From Candidatus Cloacimonadales bacterium (GTDB lineage Bacteria > Cloacimonadota > Cloacimonadia > Cloacimonadales > JAIOQZ01), in the NCBI GenBank assembly GCA_963662655.2, contig CAXXTU010000002.1:2176001-2240000 (forward strand): DNA of 64,000 nt, written 5' to 3'. Position 1 is the first letter of the stretch; every line of letters begins with the position of its first letter. Position numbers and translations under genes: made by a program. Positions 1-10,210 of the stretch are shown here, one piece after another. The notes under the pieces are model-generated. The model worked only from the letters and a program-made list of their open reading frames with translations, ran no database searches and was not told the origin of the DNA.

Positions 1-142
1 CAGGGCTGATACCCTTATTGCGATCGGGTTGTTCAGGATATTCAAGAGACTGGTTGTACAAGAAGTAGCCCCGTACACCAAAAGCAATCAGCATCAAAAA
101 GATCAGGGCGATGGTGAAATCTTTAATGTATCTGCCTTCCAT
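1..142 (-). CDS. Partial membrane-anchored type IV pilus operon protein (PilP position); runs off the window edge
   Basis: ATG at 142-140 overlaps the pilO stop (TGATG). Frame is open to the edge: MEGRYIKDFTIALIFLMLIAFGVRGYFLY... with one N-terminal TM. Not in the ORF track. Confidence 0.6.
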   Translation of the reverse strand, partial: MEGRYIKDFTIALIFLMLIAFGVRGYFLYNQSLEYPEQPDRNKGISP

Positions 143-735
143 CACGCCTCCTTCCTGATTTTGAATGTTGTCAGATCAAGCGTAACGATGTAGCGTGTAA
201 CATCTTCTTCATCGCTGGCCTCTTCACCGAGTTCGGCTTTGAGACGTTTCGCTTTTTCGTCGATACGTTTCGGCTTCACATCGATGAGTCCAACCTTGAT
301 GATCTGATCTGATTTTTCAAGCTTCGTGATATATTTTCCCAACTGGACGTAGGTACAATCCAGCGTTATTGTAAACTGGTGTTGCAGTACTTTTCCGGGA
401 GAAAATACTTCCTTCGGAGTTAAAGATTCAATCGGTATAGCCAGGGAATCTGCAAAGGCAGCGAGCGTCTTCGCAAACTGATTGATCTCGTCGGAGTTGA
501 ATTCGATAATCTCGTCGTCGACCATGATGTTGCGGATTACCCGGGATACGCCACTGAGTTCTTTATTCAAAACTTCAGCGCTATTAAGCTGTTCCTGTTG
601 CTTCTCGATACGTTTATCAAGCTTCTTGATCTCTTTTGCCTTTTCGCTGATCATCGTACTTGCATAATAGAAATAGAACACTGTCGAAGCGGCAATCAGG
701 AATAACAGCACCAAGTATCTTTCTTTCATCTTCAT
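142..735 (-). CDS. pilO: Type IV pilus assembly protein PilO-like
   Basis: N-terminal TM, coiled coil, then a C-terminal domain with 'TYVQLGKYITKLE' (PilO-type Y..L..F...LE). Follows pilM-pilN with an ATGA overlap. Confidence 0.75.
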   Translation of the reverse strand: MKMKERYLVLLFLIAASTVFYFYYASTMISEKAKEIKKLDKRIEKQQEQLNSAEVLNKELSGVSRVIRNIMVDDEIIEFNSDEINQFAKTLAAFADSLAIPIESLTPKEVFSPGKVLQHQFTITLDCTYVQLGKYITKLEKSDQIIKVGLIDVKPKRIDEKAKRLKAELGEEASDEEDVTRYIVTLDLTTFKIRKEA

Positions 736-1334
736 TGCCGGCTCCTTTTCAGTGATTTCTTACCGGATTCCATCGAGTAACAGTCAATCTGGAATCTGAT
801 GATATCCGTGTCTTTTTCTTTGTCGCGCCGGTATTGTTCGTAGAAAATCTCGGGGAAGTCCGAGCTGATTTGATCATTCTGTTTCAAATCTTCAATAAAC
901 TGATCGATCAGGCTGTACTCTTTCACATCCTTATCGACCTGAGTGATGCCGTAGAGCGTCAGAACGCCGCGTTTGAACTGGAAGTGGGTGATGGCTATCT
1001 TGTCGCTGGTCTTCTCGGCCAGAGCGACGAGTTTCTTCGCCCAGAAAATACGGTTCAAACTAACGTCAGCGATGGTTTTCAGGTCGTCGGAAGAAAGGTA
1101 GTCGCCACTCGTCTGCGTCGCTTCGATTCGTTCCTTGATTTCGTTGAGGAACGTCTTGCGAGCGTCAATCTTTTCATCCATTTGTTGCTGGATGTAATAG
1201 ATGAAGCCGTACATGACCAACGAGATCACGAAGAAGCTGATGACAGAGTTACGAAAAGTCTTCTTTTCCTGTTCCATTTTGAGCTTCAGCTCACCGAAGC
1301 GGTTCAAGTTGATTTTGAAATATAATTGCGTCAT
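732..1334 (-). CDS. pilN: Type IV pilus assembly protein PilN-like
   Basis: N-terminal 'KINL' PilM-binding-like motif, TM, coiled coil and 'W..KL..LA...' domain. Directly after pilM. Confidence 0.8.
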   Translation of the reverse strand: MTQLYFKINLNRFGELKLKMEQEKKTFRNSVISFFVISLVMYGFIYYIQQQMDEKIDARKTFLNEIKERIEATQTSGDYLSSDDLKTIADVSLNRIFWAKKLVALAEKTSDKIAITHFQFKRGVLTLYGITQVDKDVKEYSLIDQFIEDLKQNDQISSDFPEIFYEQYRRDKEKDTDIIRFQIDCYSMESGKKSLKRSRQ

Positions 1335-1343
1335 ATTCCACTC

Positions 1344-2411
1344 CTATTCCGGCCGCATGGCCAATCCAAGCGCCAGCGCCAGTTGAGGGTCTTTTTTGTC
1401 TTGGAACTTCTCCGGCATCTCCAGGTTCGTGTATGGATTGTACACTTCTGTCTCGATGTTCAAGGCCTGCTGCAAATACTCGGGAAGTCCTTTCATTTTC
1501 GCGGAACCGCCAACGAGGTAGATCTTTCTAAAGTCGCTGTTACCAGCCTCTTTCACATAGAAACGAAGCGATCTGCGAACTTCGACTGCGATCTGTTCCT
1601 CTGTTGATTTTTCGGAGATATCGAGCATCTTGAGTGAAGTCTCTTCTTGTTCCTTCTCTTCTTCAAGACCGTTCTCGATTTTGTAATTTTCCGCTTCGCT
1701 GAAGGACATGTCCTTCTTGTTCATGATATCGCGGGTGAAGTTGTAGCCACCCCACGGGATATCGCGCGCGAAAAATTTGGCTTTGGGGCCATAAACCACC
1801 ATGTTGGTTTTGTGTCCGCCAATGTTCAGGATGATGAACGTCCCGTCTTCCACATACGTGTTGAGCGCAAACGAGTTCGCCACCGCCAGGGATTCGATAT
1901 CCACGATGCCGGGCTGGAGCTGGGCGTCCTGAAGGACATCCGTGTGCTCTTTGAGAAGCGATTTCGTTGCTGCCGCAAGCAGGATGTTCATATTGTTTGT
2001 CTGTTCTTCCACGCTGATCACCTGGAAATCGAGCAGCATTTCGCTACCGCTGATGGGCAGGTGCTTCTTCGCCTCGAAGAACAGTGCAGATTCAAGCTCT
2101 TCCTCCGGAAGAAAGATTGTTTTGATCTGCTTGATACTGGTATTGTCTCCTCCGATTGAAGACACAAGACGTTTCACACCCTTGGGTTTGATCTTCAGAG
2201 ATTTAAGAATCTCGATCAGAACCGGGGCAAAACGTTCTTTGCGAAGATCGGACGGGACATACTCGACTCCGGAAGGAACCGTAGGGCGAATTTCATAGTT
2301 CAACAGCTTGTAACCTTCGTGCAGCTTACGAAGATGCACGAGCTTGATGCTGTGAGTACCGATATCCACACCAATGGATTCCCTGAACCTTGTTTTCTTC
2401 TGCTTAGCCAT
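1344..2411 (-). CDS. pilM: Type IV pilus assembly protein PilM
   Basis: Actin-like motifs 'IGVDIGTHSIK' and 'LVGGSAK', and C-terminal 'ALALGLAMR'. Confidence 0.93.
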   Translation of the reverse strand: MAKQKKTRFRESIGVDIGTHSIKLVHLRKLHEGYKLLNYEIRPTVPSGVEYVPSDLRKERFAPVLIEILKSLKIKPKGVKRLVSSIGGDNTSIKQIKTIFLPEEELESALFFEAKKHLPISGSEMLLDFQVISVEEQTNNMNILLAAATKSLLKEHTDVLQDAQLQPGIVDIESLAVANSFALNTYVEDGTFIILNIGGHKTNMVVYGPKAKFFARDIPWGGYNFTRDIMNKKDMSFSEAENYKIENGLEEEKEQEETSLKMLDISEKSTEEQIAVEVRRSLRFYVKEAGNSDFRKIYLVGGSAKMKGLPEYLQQALNIETEVYNPYTNLEMPEKFQDKKDPQLALALGLAMRPE

Positions 2412-2454
2412 AGTACCTCTTTTCTATGTTAATTATCGAAATTTCTACACACGG

Positions 2455-4293
2455 TCAGAAGTTCGGAGGCGGTGGAATGAAATAATAGGCCACCTGCTCG
2501 AGCTGAGACTGACCACCTTCTAAATGTACCTCTGGATAATCCGGAGGAGGTGTTTCTACAAAGCGATGATCGTAGTAATAAGCCTTGTTATATCCGATAC
2601 CCGATCCAGTAGCCCCGGGAGCGTTAACTCCCTGAACTGGCATGGGCCCGAACCTGAAGTTTTCCACATCCCACCAGCCGTTATCCTGGTCGGTGTTTCC
2701 GCTACGGTGAACAAAGCCTCTTCTCCGCTGCGCGACGGATCCCCACAGGAAGATGTAGCCTCTTTCGAGGTAGGGTGTCCATTGCGGCCAAAGCGGATTG
2801 TACCACGGGTAATCGGGAGCGGTTCCCGGATAGCCGTTAAAGCCCGTTGCGGTCTTGGCCGGCCAGGGCCAGTTATGACCTGCTGTCGGCGGATACTGGC
2901 AGAGGTGGAAATCGATGAACGAGTAGTCATCGGTATCCGGCGTGCTTCTGTGCGGGAACTGGTACTCGAAGGTGAAGATTCCGTCATCGACCATTTCGTC
3001 GCCGTCTCCCATCGCGCACAGTGCAGCATAGATTCTGATACCGCTGTAGGTGTCACCGAGGTTGCCGCAGTTCGGCATACGCCTGTCCCTAGCTTCAGGA
3101 TGCACGTAGCCATAACTGATGTAAATACTGTTCTCGGAAACAAGGCCCAGGAAGTCGGATTGATTCACGGGTGTGCCATCCGTACCGTCGGGAGCATTTC
3201 CTCGGACTGTACCCGTATAATAAATATCGTCAAGTAAATAGATGTCACCGGAGCAACCCCAGGTTTGCGCGCCATGGAATCGGCCTTTTATCCACAAATC
3301 GGAATAGATCATAACCGAGCCTTCGTTTATGTTCCAGATGTGCGGACCCGACCACAGGGTATCCTGAAACGTTACGTTGCTTTCACCAATCGCATTGCCT
3401 ACCGCTCCGTATGGCGGGTAGGAATCGTAGATCGTAAAGCTCGTTGCCGTTGGTTGCGAAGATACGTTGCCCGAGTAGTAGGTCACCTGCATATCGTTCA
3501 CTTCGCAGTAAAGGATATCGGTATTGTTCCATTCCACCGGGAAGTTCTGCCCATTCCTGCGGATCAAGTCGGCAGTGGGTGAAAAGACTACAGGAGCTGC
3601 GTTCTCGTCCCATCCCCCCAAGAAAAGCTCGTCATACTGAGGTGGGGTGGGATAGAAAACAAATGATTGCGGAGTTGAAACAAAATCATGGAACAGGGGC
3701 CATCCGCCAACATTCTTGAAATGGATATCGCCGTTACTGTGCACCTTACCCCAAAGTTCGTCGTATCCGTAGAACCAGACTTCGGTGTCGAAGATCGACA
3801 TGTCGATATCGGTGAAATACATATAGCCGGCGAGGGTTTTGGTTGAGTATGTTCTAACGGCGGCGCACTCGACCGGTGATTTGTCAAGATTGCTGTAATA
3901 GCTAACGCTCGTTGCCGGGCGACGGAAGGTTTTCGCCTTTGTCATGACTCTTCGAAAATTCTTGTGAAGGACATCGGTTGCATCGATCGATCTGGAAATC
4001 TCCGTCTTTATTGTATGGGTAGACCTCGTCATACCGCTACGTATCTCGACCTCCCGAATCGGAAGTGTGATATGGTTCGCAGCCGTACCCATATACATCG
4101 TGGATATCAATCCACGCATAAGCTCGGAACGAACCAGATGCAGTTGTTGCGACATATCTAGTTGGTAGTTCGCGAATATTGAATCGCGATGTGCTATTGA
4201 AGAGAACACCAGACCGGAAACTACAGCCACAACAGCGATTACTACGGATAGTAATATATTACCCTTTTCTTGTGTCAACATAGTATTCTCCAT
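2455..4293 (-). CDS. Large PilX/GspK-like pilin-domain protein, paralog 3 (DUF4900-like C-terminal domain)
   Basis: Prepilin-like N-terminus 'QEKG|NILLSVVIAVV' lacking Glu5. Motifs GKVHSN, LGLVSE, GSVAQRRRG and YDHRF..PPPDYP are shared with the two neighbouring genes. Confidence 0.75.
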   Translation of the reverse strand: MENTMLTQEKGNILLSVVIAVVAVVSGLVFSSIAHRDSIFANYQLDMSQQLHLVRSELMRGLISTMYMGTAANHITLPIREVEIRSGMTRSTHTIKTEISRSIDATDVLHKNFRRVMTKAKTFRRPATSVSYYSNLDKSPVECAAVRTYSTKTLAGYMYFTDIDMSIFDTEVWFYGYDELWGKVHSNGDIHFKNVGGWPLFHDFVSTPQSFVFYPTPPQYDELFLGGWDENAAPVVFSPTADLIRRNGQNFPVEWNNTDILYCEVNDMQVTYYSGNVSSQPTATSFTIYDSYPPYGAVGNAIGESNVTFQDTLWSGPHIWNINEGSVMIYSDLWIKGRFHGAQTWGCSGDIYLLDDIYYTGTVRGNAPDGTDGTPVNQSDFLGLVSENSIYISYGYVHPEARDRRMPNCGNLGDTYSGIRIYAALCAMGDGDEMVDDGIFTFEYQFPHRSTPDTDDYSFIDFHLCQYPPTAGHNWPWPAKTATGFNGYPGTAPDYPWYNPLWPQWTPYLERGYIFLWGSVAQRRRGFVHRSGNTDQDNGWWDVENFRFGPMPVQGVNAPGATGSGIGYNKAYYYDHRFVETPPPDYPEVHLEGGQSQLEQVAYYFIPPPPNF

Positions 4294-4319
4294 GTTAATG
4301 CGTTAATTTCCCATACGGA

Positions 4320-6131
4320 TCAGAAGTTCTTCGGAGACTCGGTTATACAAAATTCGAGCTCCTGAAGCCTTGCCAAACCACCTTCTATAAACACCTCTGG
4401 ATAATCCGGAGGTGGGTTTTCCATCATTCGGTAATCCGCATGATAATTTTTTCTGTAACCAACCCCACTGCCATATGAGTCAGGGGCGTTGACTCCCTCG
4501 ATGGGGAGATTTCCATAGAAGTGATTCTCGATATCCCAGTGACCCGAATCCAATGGATCCGTTCCGCTACGATGCAAGAATCCCCGTCTGCGCTGGGCCA
4601 CGCTGCCCCAAAGGTTGATGGTTCCTCTTTCGAGGTATGGTTCCCACTCAGGCCAGAGTGGATTGTACCAGGGGTAATCTGGGCGATTGCTCGCGAAACC
4701 GATACCCTCTTCCGTATCTGCCGGCCATGGCCAGTACAACGGGTTCTCCGGCGGATATTTGCACAGGTGGAGATCGATCATCGAATAGCCGTCCTGATCC
4801 GGGGTGCTGCGATGAGGATAATGGTATTCGAACGTGAACACGCCCGAGTTATACGGATCTGGATCGTCATGCCCAAAGGCGCAAAGCGCGCCGTAGATGA
4901 ACATATCGCCCCCACAGTTCGGGTGCAAGCGTTCTCCGGTTGCTGGGTGTTTGTAGCCGTAGCTCACGTAGATACTGCCTTCCGAAACCAGTCCGAGATA
5001 ATCGGTGTAGTTGAGCGGCGAGCCGTCAGAGCCGTCCGGCGCGCTACCGGCGGGTGTGTTCTGATACAGGAGATCATCCACGATACGAATATCCTCAGTA
5101 CAACCCCAGCACATCGCGGTTCCCACAACGCCTTTGATCCATAACTCCGCTTCGACCAGCGTCGACTGGTTGTGCATGATCCAACTGTAAGCGCCCGACC
5201 ATACCGTATCGCGAAGCGTCACTTGAGAAGTTTCGATCTGCTCGCCGATCTCGCCATAGGGCGGATAGGAATTGTACACTGGTAAGCATGTCGGATTCTC
5301 GTCGACGAGGATTTCACCGGTGTAAATGATTACTTCTGTACCGTGGATATCGGCAAAAACGATGTCTACATCATCAAAATCGATCGGCATAGACACGCCG
5401 TTATTGCGAATGCCAACAGCCGTTCTTGTAAACTCAATAGCCGGTGCATGTTCCATATAACCGGCCAGGAAAATTTCATTTATATTCGCGGGACTCCCGT
5501 TTACGAACTGGATTTGTCCGGCTGTGGTAACACAATCATGAAACGTCGGCCAGCCAGCAATGTTTTTGAGCCAGATATCTGTGTTGCTGTGAACGCGCCC
5601 CCATACTTCATCGTAACCGTAGTAGTAAACAGGATCGCCATTAACCGACTCATCGATGTCGGTGAAGAAGCCATAGCTGGCAAACGTTACGGACTGATAG
5701 CTCTTGAATGCGCAACTCTCGACGGGAGATTTCCTGCGATCGCTGTAATAATCGGTGTACGTTGCATCGCAACGATACGATTTGGCTTTTGTGAGAACCT
5801 TACGCAAATTGCGAGACAGAATGTAGCTTTTTTTCACTGTACGGAAAATACTCGTCTTGAGAGCAACAGTCCCCACAGATATACCGTTATTAATTTCGAT
5901 CTTCCGGATAGGAAGCGTTTCTGAGTCTATGCTCTCGGACAGCCGCTGTGCGTTCATGAAACCACGTAGCATCTCAGACCTGACAAGGTGCAACTGCTGA
6001 ACCGAATCGAGCTGATATAATGAGAAAGTCACATCGCGCTGGGCGATCATAGGGAAAACAAGTGCAGAAGCAGTAGCCAGAACAGTAATCAAAATAGAAA
6101 TCATAATGTTACCATTTTCATTCTTCAACAT
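4320..6131 (-). CDS. Large PilX/GspK-like pilin-domain protein, paralog 2
   Basis: 'NENG|NIMISILITVL' N-terminus and the same conserved motifs (GRVHSNTDI, LGLVSEG, PDYPWYNPLWP, GSVAQRRRG). Confidence 0.75.
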   Translation of the reverse strand: MLKNENGNIMISILITVLATASALVFPMIAQRDVTFSLYQLDSVQQLHLVRSEMLRGFMNAQRLSESIDSETLPIRKIEINNGISVGTVALKTSIFRTVKKSYILSRNLRKVLTKAKSYRCDATYTDYYSDRRKSPVESCAFKSYQSVTFASYGFFTDIDESVNGDPVYYYGYDEVWGRVHSNTDIWLKNIAGWPTFHDCVTTAGQIQFVNGSPANINEIFLAGYMEHAPAIEFTRTAVGIRNNGVSMPIDFDDVDIVFADIHGTEVIIYTGEILVDENPTCLPVYNSYPPYGEIGEQIETSQVTLRDTVWSGAYSWIMHNQSTLVEAELWIKGVVGTAMCWGCTEDIRIVDDLLYQNTPAGSAPDGSDGSPLNYTDYLGLVSEGSIYVSYGYKHPATGERLHPNCGGDMFIYGALCAFGHDDPDPYNSGVFTFEYHYPHRSTPDQDGYSMIDLHLCKYPPENPLYWPWPADTEEGIGFASNRPDYPWYNPLWPEWEPYLERGTINLWGSVAQRRRGFLHRSGTDPLDSGHWDIENHFYGNLPIEGVNAPDSYGSGVGYRKNYHADYRMMENPPPDYPEVFIEGGLARLQELEFCITESPKNF

Positions 6132-6172
6132 TGTTCCCCCTTTTCGTTATTTTTTTCAGCTCAAATCAAATA

Positions 6173-8026
6173 TTAGAAGTCCCGCGGAGGTCGCTTGATA
6201 TTGATCGCGACGCTCTTGAACTGGCCACCCTTACCCCGGATACTGACTTCGGGGAAATCGGGCGGAGGACTCTCCATGAAACGGTAGTCGTAGTGATAGC
6301 TTTTGTCGTAGCCGACGCCATCGTGGGTAGCCCCCGGGACGTTCTGTCCCCAGGCGTTCGTTCCATAGATATAGTTTTCAATATCCCAGTATGTATTCGA
6401 GTCCATGACGTCCGAACCGCTTCGATGGACGAATCCACGACGTACCTGGGCAACGGAGCCAAACAGGTAGATGACGCCGCGTTCTTTCCAGGGCCTCGAT
6501 TCAGGCCATATCGGATTGTACCAGGGATAGTCCGGCGCCATTGGATCCCCAGATACCGCAAAGATACCGTGCCCTGCAGGTGCAGGCCAGTAAGGCGGAT
6601 TATCCGGCGGATACCAGCAAAGGTGCAAATCGGGATAAGTGAAAACTTCCGTACCATGCCAGAAGTTCGGCGTGGCGAAGTGCGGATACTGGTATTGGAA
6701 CGAGAACACGCCATCCAGATGGGAGTCGCCCTCACCGTCCCCAAGCGCACACAGTGCGCCATAGATATAAATATCGTCACAATTGTAGTGGTGCCTTGTC
6801 GAGTCGGCAAGAACATCCCGCAATCCATATTGAATCAGGATGCTTTTCTCGGACACGATTCCGAGGTAGTCGGACGTGTTCAGCGGCTCGTCGCCGCTTC
6901 CGTCGGGGGCTTCACCCATTGTTGTTCCCGAGTACCAGATGTTGTCGACGAGGTAAATGTTCTCGGCGCAGCCCCAAGTTTGCGCGCCCATAATCGGGCC
7001 CTTGATCCAGAGCTCATCATAAGCGAAAACGGAGCTTCCGGACGGGATATTACCGGAGTTGCCCATCGTCCAGGTCGTATCGACAAACTCAATGAGGTTG
7101 TAACCGATTGAATCGCCGACTTCCCCATATGGCGGGTACATATTGTAAACAAAAAGTGTTTCAGGCTGGGGAGGATACGACTTCGTATCGATGTCCCCGA
7201 AAATTACGTTGTACGTTTGGCCGTTGAATTCGACATAGATAATTTCATGCGTAGTCGATGGTCCATCGCCAAACGGTTTCATACTGTTACGCCGCAGCTC
7301 GACAGCCGAAGGATTGAATTCTATCACCCCGGCGCCTTCCGTGTAGCCATCCAGGAACGCCTCATCGTAATCGATGGTTCCGCTCGGCGTGCAGAATTCC
7401 CCTGCCGTACTCACGTGATCGTGAAACGTTGGCCAACCGCCAATGTTTTTCATCCAGATGTCCGTATTGCTATGGACGCGGCCCCAAATCTCATCGTAGC
7501 CATAGAAATAGACAGGGTCGTCGTTCACGGATTCGTCCGTGTTGGTGAGATACATGTATCCGGCAAACGTCTCCTGCTGTAAAATTCTTTCACCGTATTT
7601 CTCGATGGGCGATTTGTTGACAGTGCCGTAATAATTGGTATTGGTGGGGGCTAATCTGAAGCCCTTGATTTTTGTACGTATCACGCGTCGGTTTGCTGTA
7701 TTCATGCCACTTGAGGAGGTATATCTTCCAAGTTGCGTCTTCATGGCGTAGGTCGTTTTCGAAATGCCATGATTGATCTGCACCTTCTTGATCGGTAGCA
7801 GATAGACATCCGATGCTCCCTGGTACTCCAGGTTTGTTCTGACGCCCCTGGTCACTTCGGATCTAAGCCAGTGCAACTCTTGCGTTGCATCCAAACACAT
7901 CAGGGTCGATGTGTGATCACGGGCAGCGACCAAAGACAAAGTTAAGCCTGAAATGACTGCCAGGATAGACACAAGGATCGATATTGCTAAGTCCCCTCTT
8001 TGATTCTTAAGCATTTTCATCCACAT
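6173..8026 (-). CDS. Large PilX/GspK-like pilin-domain protein, paralog 1
   Basis: GGAGG RBS precedes the ATG at 8026 (alternative start 8098). N-terminus 'NQRG|DLAISILVSIL' and the same motifs. Confidence 0.75.
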   Translation of the reverse strand: MWMKMLKNQRGDLAISILVSILAVISGLTLSLVAARDHTSTLMCLDATQELHWLRSEVTRGVRTNLEYQGASDVYLLPIKKVQINHGISKTTYAMKTQLGRYTSSSGMNTANRRVIRTKIKGFRLAPTNTNYYGTVNKSPIEKYGERILQQETFAGYMYLTNTDESVNDDPVYFYGYDEIWGRVHSNTDIWMKNIGGWPTFHDHVSTAGEFCTPSGTIDYDEAFLDGYTEGAGVIEFNPSAVELRRNSMKPFGDGPSTTHEIIYVEFNGQTYNVIFGDIDTKSYPPQPETLFVYNMYPPYGEVGDSIGYNLIEFVDTTWTMGNSGNIPSGSSVFAYDELWIKGPIMGAQTWGCAENIYLVDNIWYSGTTMGEAPDGSGDEPLNTSDYLGIVSEKSILIQYGLRDVLADSTRHHYNCDDIYIYGALCALGDGEGDSHLDGVFSFQYQYPHFATPNFWHGTEVFTYPDLHLCWYPPDNPPYWPAPAGHGIFAVSGDPMAPDYPWYNPIWPESRPWKERGVIYLFGSVAQVRRGFVHRSGSDVMDSNTYWDIENYIYGTNAWGQNVPGATHDGVGYDKSYHYDYRFMESPPPDFPEVSIRGKGGQFKSVAINIKRPPRDF

Positions 8027-8100
8027 AGTGCCTCCAAATGACTGATGACTTCCAACAGCAGAGATATTCTGCTCAGTAATATTATTCAATCCGCTCATTA

Positions 8101-8700
8101 TTATCTAACTTTTATTCTCGTCTCGAAGTGTACTTGCTTCACCAGATCGTCACCAATGTCCATTTCGGCGTCGAGGTGTACCCCGATGAGTCTCTCGCCA
8201 CCGTTAATCCAGTCGCTATCGGTGAAATACAGGTTCGTTACCCTGATATCATCTGCGTGTTCTACCGGGAACACGGTAATTGGTGTCGAAGGATGATCGT
8301 TGCCATAACGATAGTTCGCTTTGACTGCACGATCGCCAGAATCATAGTAGAATTCGACGTAATCGCTATGGTGGAGCGTTTCCACGCCCTTGAACGAACA
8401 TTTTATTTTACGGAAAACATTCATGGATGTTTCATCGTAAAAGAAAACTGTATCGGCCACCATGATTCCGAGGAATTCTTGCGAGTCGGATCCTTCGATA
8501 ATCATACCGTGCTTGAATGTATGCATGGTATCAAACGCGTCGTTTTGAAGGTCAGCGTACATATTGAGCTGTTCAAACTTAGAGAAGAAAATCGCTATTC
8601 CGACACCCGCCATGAAGATCATGATCCCGGTGATGGTCAGTGCGACGATCAATTCGATCAACGTGAAGCCACGATCATTTGTGCATTTCAAGTTAAACAT
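8101..8700 (-). CDS. Minor pilin (PilW-like), prepilin N-terminal cleavage/methylation domain
   Basis: Class III signal peptide 'RG|FTLIELIVALTI'. Confidence 0.85.
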   Translation of the reverse strand: MFNLKCTNDRGFTLIELIVALTITGIMIFMAGVGIAIFFSKFEQLNMYADLQNDAFDTMHTFKHGMIIEGSDSQEFLGIMVADTVFFYDETSMNVFRKIKCSFKGVETLHHSDYVEFYYDSGDRAVKANYRYGNDHPSTPITVFPVEHADDIRVTNLYFTDSDWINGGERLIGVHLDAEMDIGDDLVKQVHFETRIKVR

Positions 8701-8702
8701 CC

Positions 8703-9140
8703 TTATGAATCAGTTTCGAGGAAATAGTCTTCTCGAAGAACGACCTTTTGGTTTTTCTTATTCGCTGGATTCTTCCAGCTGATCGTAACCTCGACGGCAT
8801 GGAACTCCATGGAGGCGAACCCTGTGGAGGAATCGGTATCCATCCAGGTACGCATGCTGATCGTGCCGTTGAGGTGATGGCTGCCATCTTCGTCGATGGT
8901 GACGGTTTTAGGTACAAATACTCTCGGGTTTCCTGTCCTCTCGATGCGGAGCATCTGATGGTCGAGCTCACCGGAAGCAAGCAGGATCGCGACCCTGTTG
9001 TGGTAATTTTCCACCAGGGTCGCCTCTGCATATAAAATTCCAATGTACAGCCCGATGAAGGCGATCAGGATAATGATGCCTTCCAACAGAACCGATATCA
9101 GTGTAAAACCGCCATCCGATTGTAGAATGGGTTTACTCAT
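8703..9140 (-). CDS. Minor pilin (PilV-like)
   Basis: 'GG|FTLISVLLEG' prepilin-like N-terminus with Ser instead of Glu at +5; C-terminal 'VEVTISW'. Confidence 0.75.
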   Translation of the reverse strand: MSKPILQSDGGFTLISVLLEGIIILIAFIGLYIGILYAEATLVENYHNRVAILLASGELDHQMLRIERTGNPRVFVPKTVTIDEDGSHHLNGTISMRTWMDTDSSTGFASMEFHAVEVTISWKNPANKKNQKVVLREDYFLETDS

Positions 9141-10195
9141 TAAAAACCAACTCCGGTTACGAACATTTTGTCGTTATCTGCTGCACGCTCCGCTGCGGAA
9201 CGGTCCAGCAACCCGTTCATGACCAGGTTGTAAAGGGACTGATCCAGGGACTGCATACCTTCTTTGGTACCAGACTGGATAACGGAAGGAATCTGATAGG
9301 TTTTTTCTTCACGAATCAGGTTTCTCACCGCCGCGTTTGCAATCATGATTTCAGTTGCAGGGACGCGTCCCTTTCCATCCTTCTTCGGCATCAGTCTCTG
9401 TGCGATGACAGCTTCCAGGGATTCTGAAAGCATCGATCGTACCTGAGCCTGCTGCTCCTTCGGATACATGTCGATAACACGGTCGATGGATTTGGTCGCA
9501 CTGCTGGTGTGCAGTGTGGCCAGCACGAGGTGGCCGGTCTCAGCCGCTGTAAGAGCGAGAGAGACAGTCTCCAGGTCGCGCATCTCACCCACCAGGATCA
9601 CATCCGGATCTTCACGAAGCGCCGAGCGAAGCGCTGCCACGAACGACCAGGTGTCCCTTCCCAGCTCGCGCTGGTTGATCAATGAGTTCTTACTCTTGTG
9701 TACGAACTCGATCGGGTCTTCGATCGTAATGATGTGGCAGTAGCGGTTCTCGTTGATCGTGTCGATCATCGATGCGAGGGTGGTGGATTTACCACTACCG
9801 GTTGGTCCTGTTACCAGGATCAGGCCCTTTTCCTTCATGGCAAGCTTGCGAAGGATATCGGGAATGAACAATTCCTCAAAGGATTTCACTTCGTTGGGGA
9901 TCACGCGGAATGCAGCTGCAAGTCCGTTGATCTGGTGAAATGCGTTTACACGAAAGCGCACTTCGTTGTCGAGTTTCGTTGAGAAGTCCAGCTCCAGCTT
10001 TTCCTTGAAGATAGCCCTTTGGGATTCATTCATGACACCGAAAATCAGGTCTTCGACTTCTTTCTGCGACAGTTTTGGAAGGTTTAGGGGCTTCATGAGC
10101 CCGTGAACCCGCACCATCGGTACCGAATCCGTACTGATGTGGAGATCGGAAGCTCCGGCATCAGATGTGAATTCGAGCAGTTTTTGTATAGTCAA
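9140..10195 (-). CDS. pilT: Type IV pilus retraction ATPase PilT
   Basis: ASDLH, Walker A GPTGSGKST, 'ALREDPDVILVGEMRD', TLH His box and AVRNLIRE motif. TTG start. Confidence 0.95.
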   Translation of the reverse strand: MTIQKLLEFTSDAGASDLHISTDSVPMVRVHGLMKPLNLPKLSQKEVEDLIFGVMNESQRAIFKEKLELDFSTKLDNEVRFRVNAFHQINGLAAAFRVIPNEVKSFEELFIPDILRKLAMKEKGLILVTGPTGSGKSTTLASMIDTINENRYCHIITIEDPIEFVHKSKNSLINQRELGRDTWSFVAALRSALREDPDVILVGEMRDLETVSLALTAAETGHLVLATLHTSSATKSIDRVIDMYPKEQQAQVRSMLSESLEAVIAQRLMPKKDGKGRVPATEIMIANAAVRNLIREEKTYQIPSVIQSGTKEGMQSLDQSLYNLVMNGLLDRSAAERAADNDKMFVTGVGF

Positions 10196-10210
10196 GAATT
10201 CCCCCTGTGG

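Noticed and set aside
2455..8026. Diversity-generating retroelement or shufflon acting on the three paralogs
   Set aside because: No reverse transcriptase or invertase, no near-identical template/variable repeat pair with A-specific mismatches, and the paralogs diverge along their whole length.
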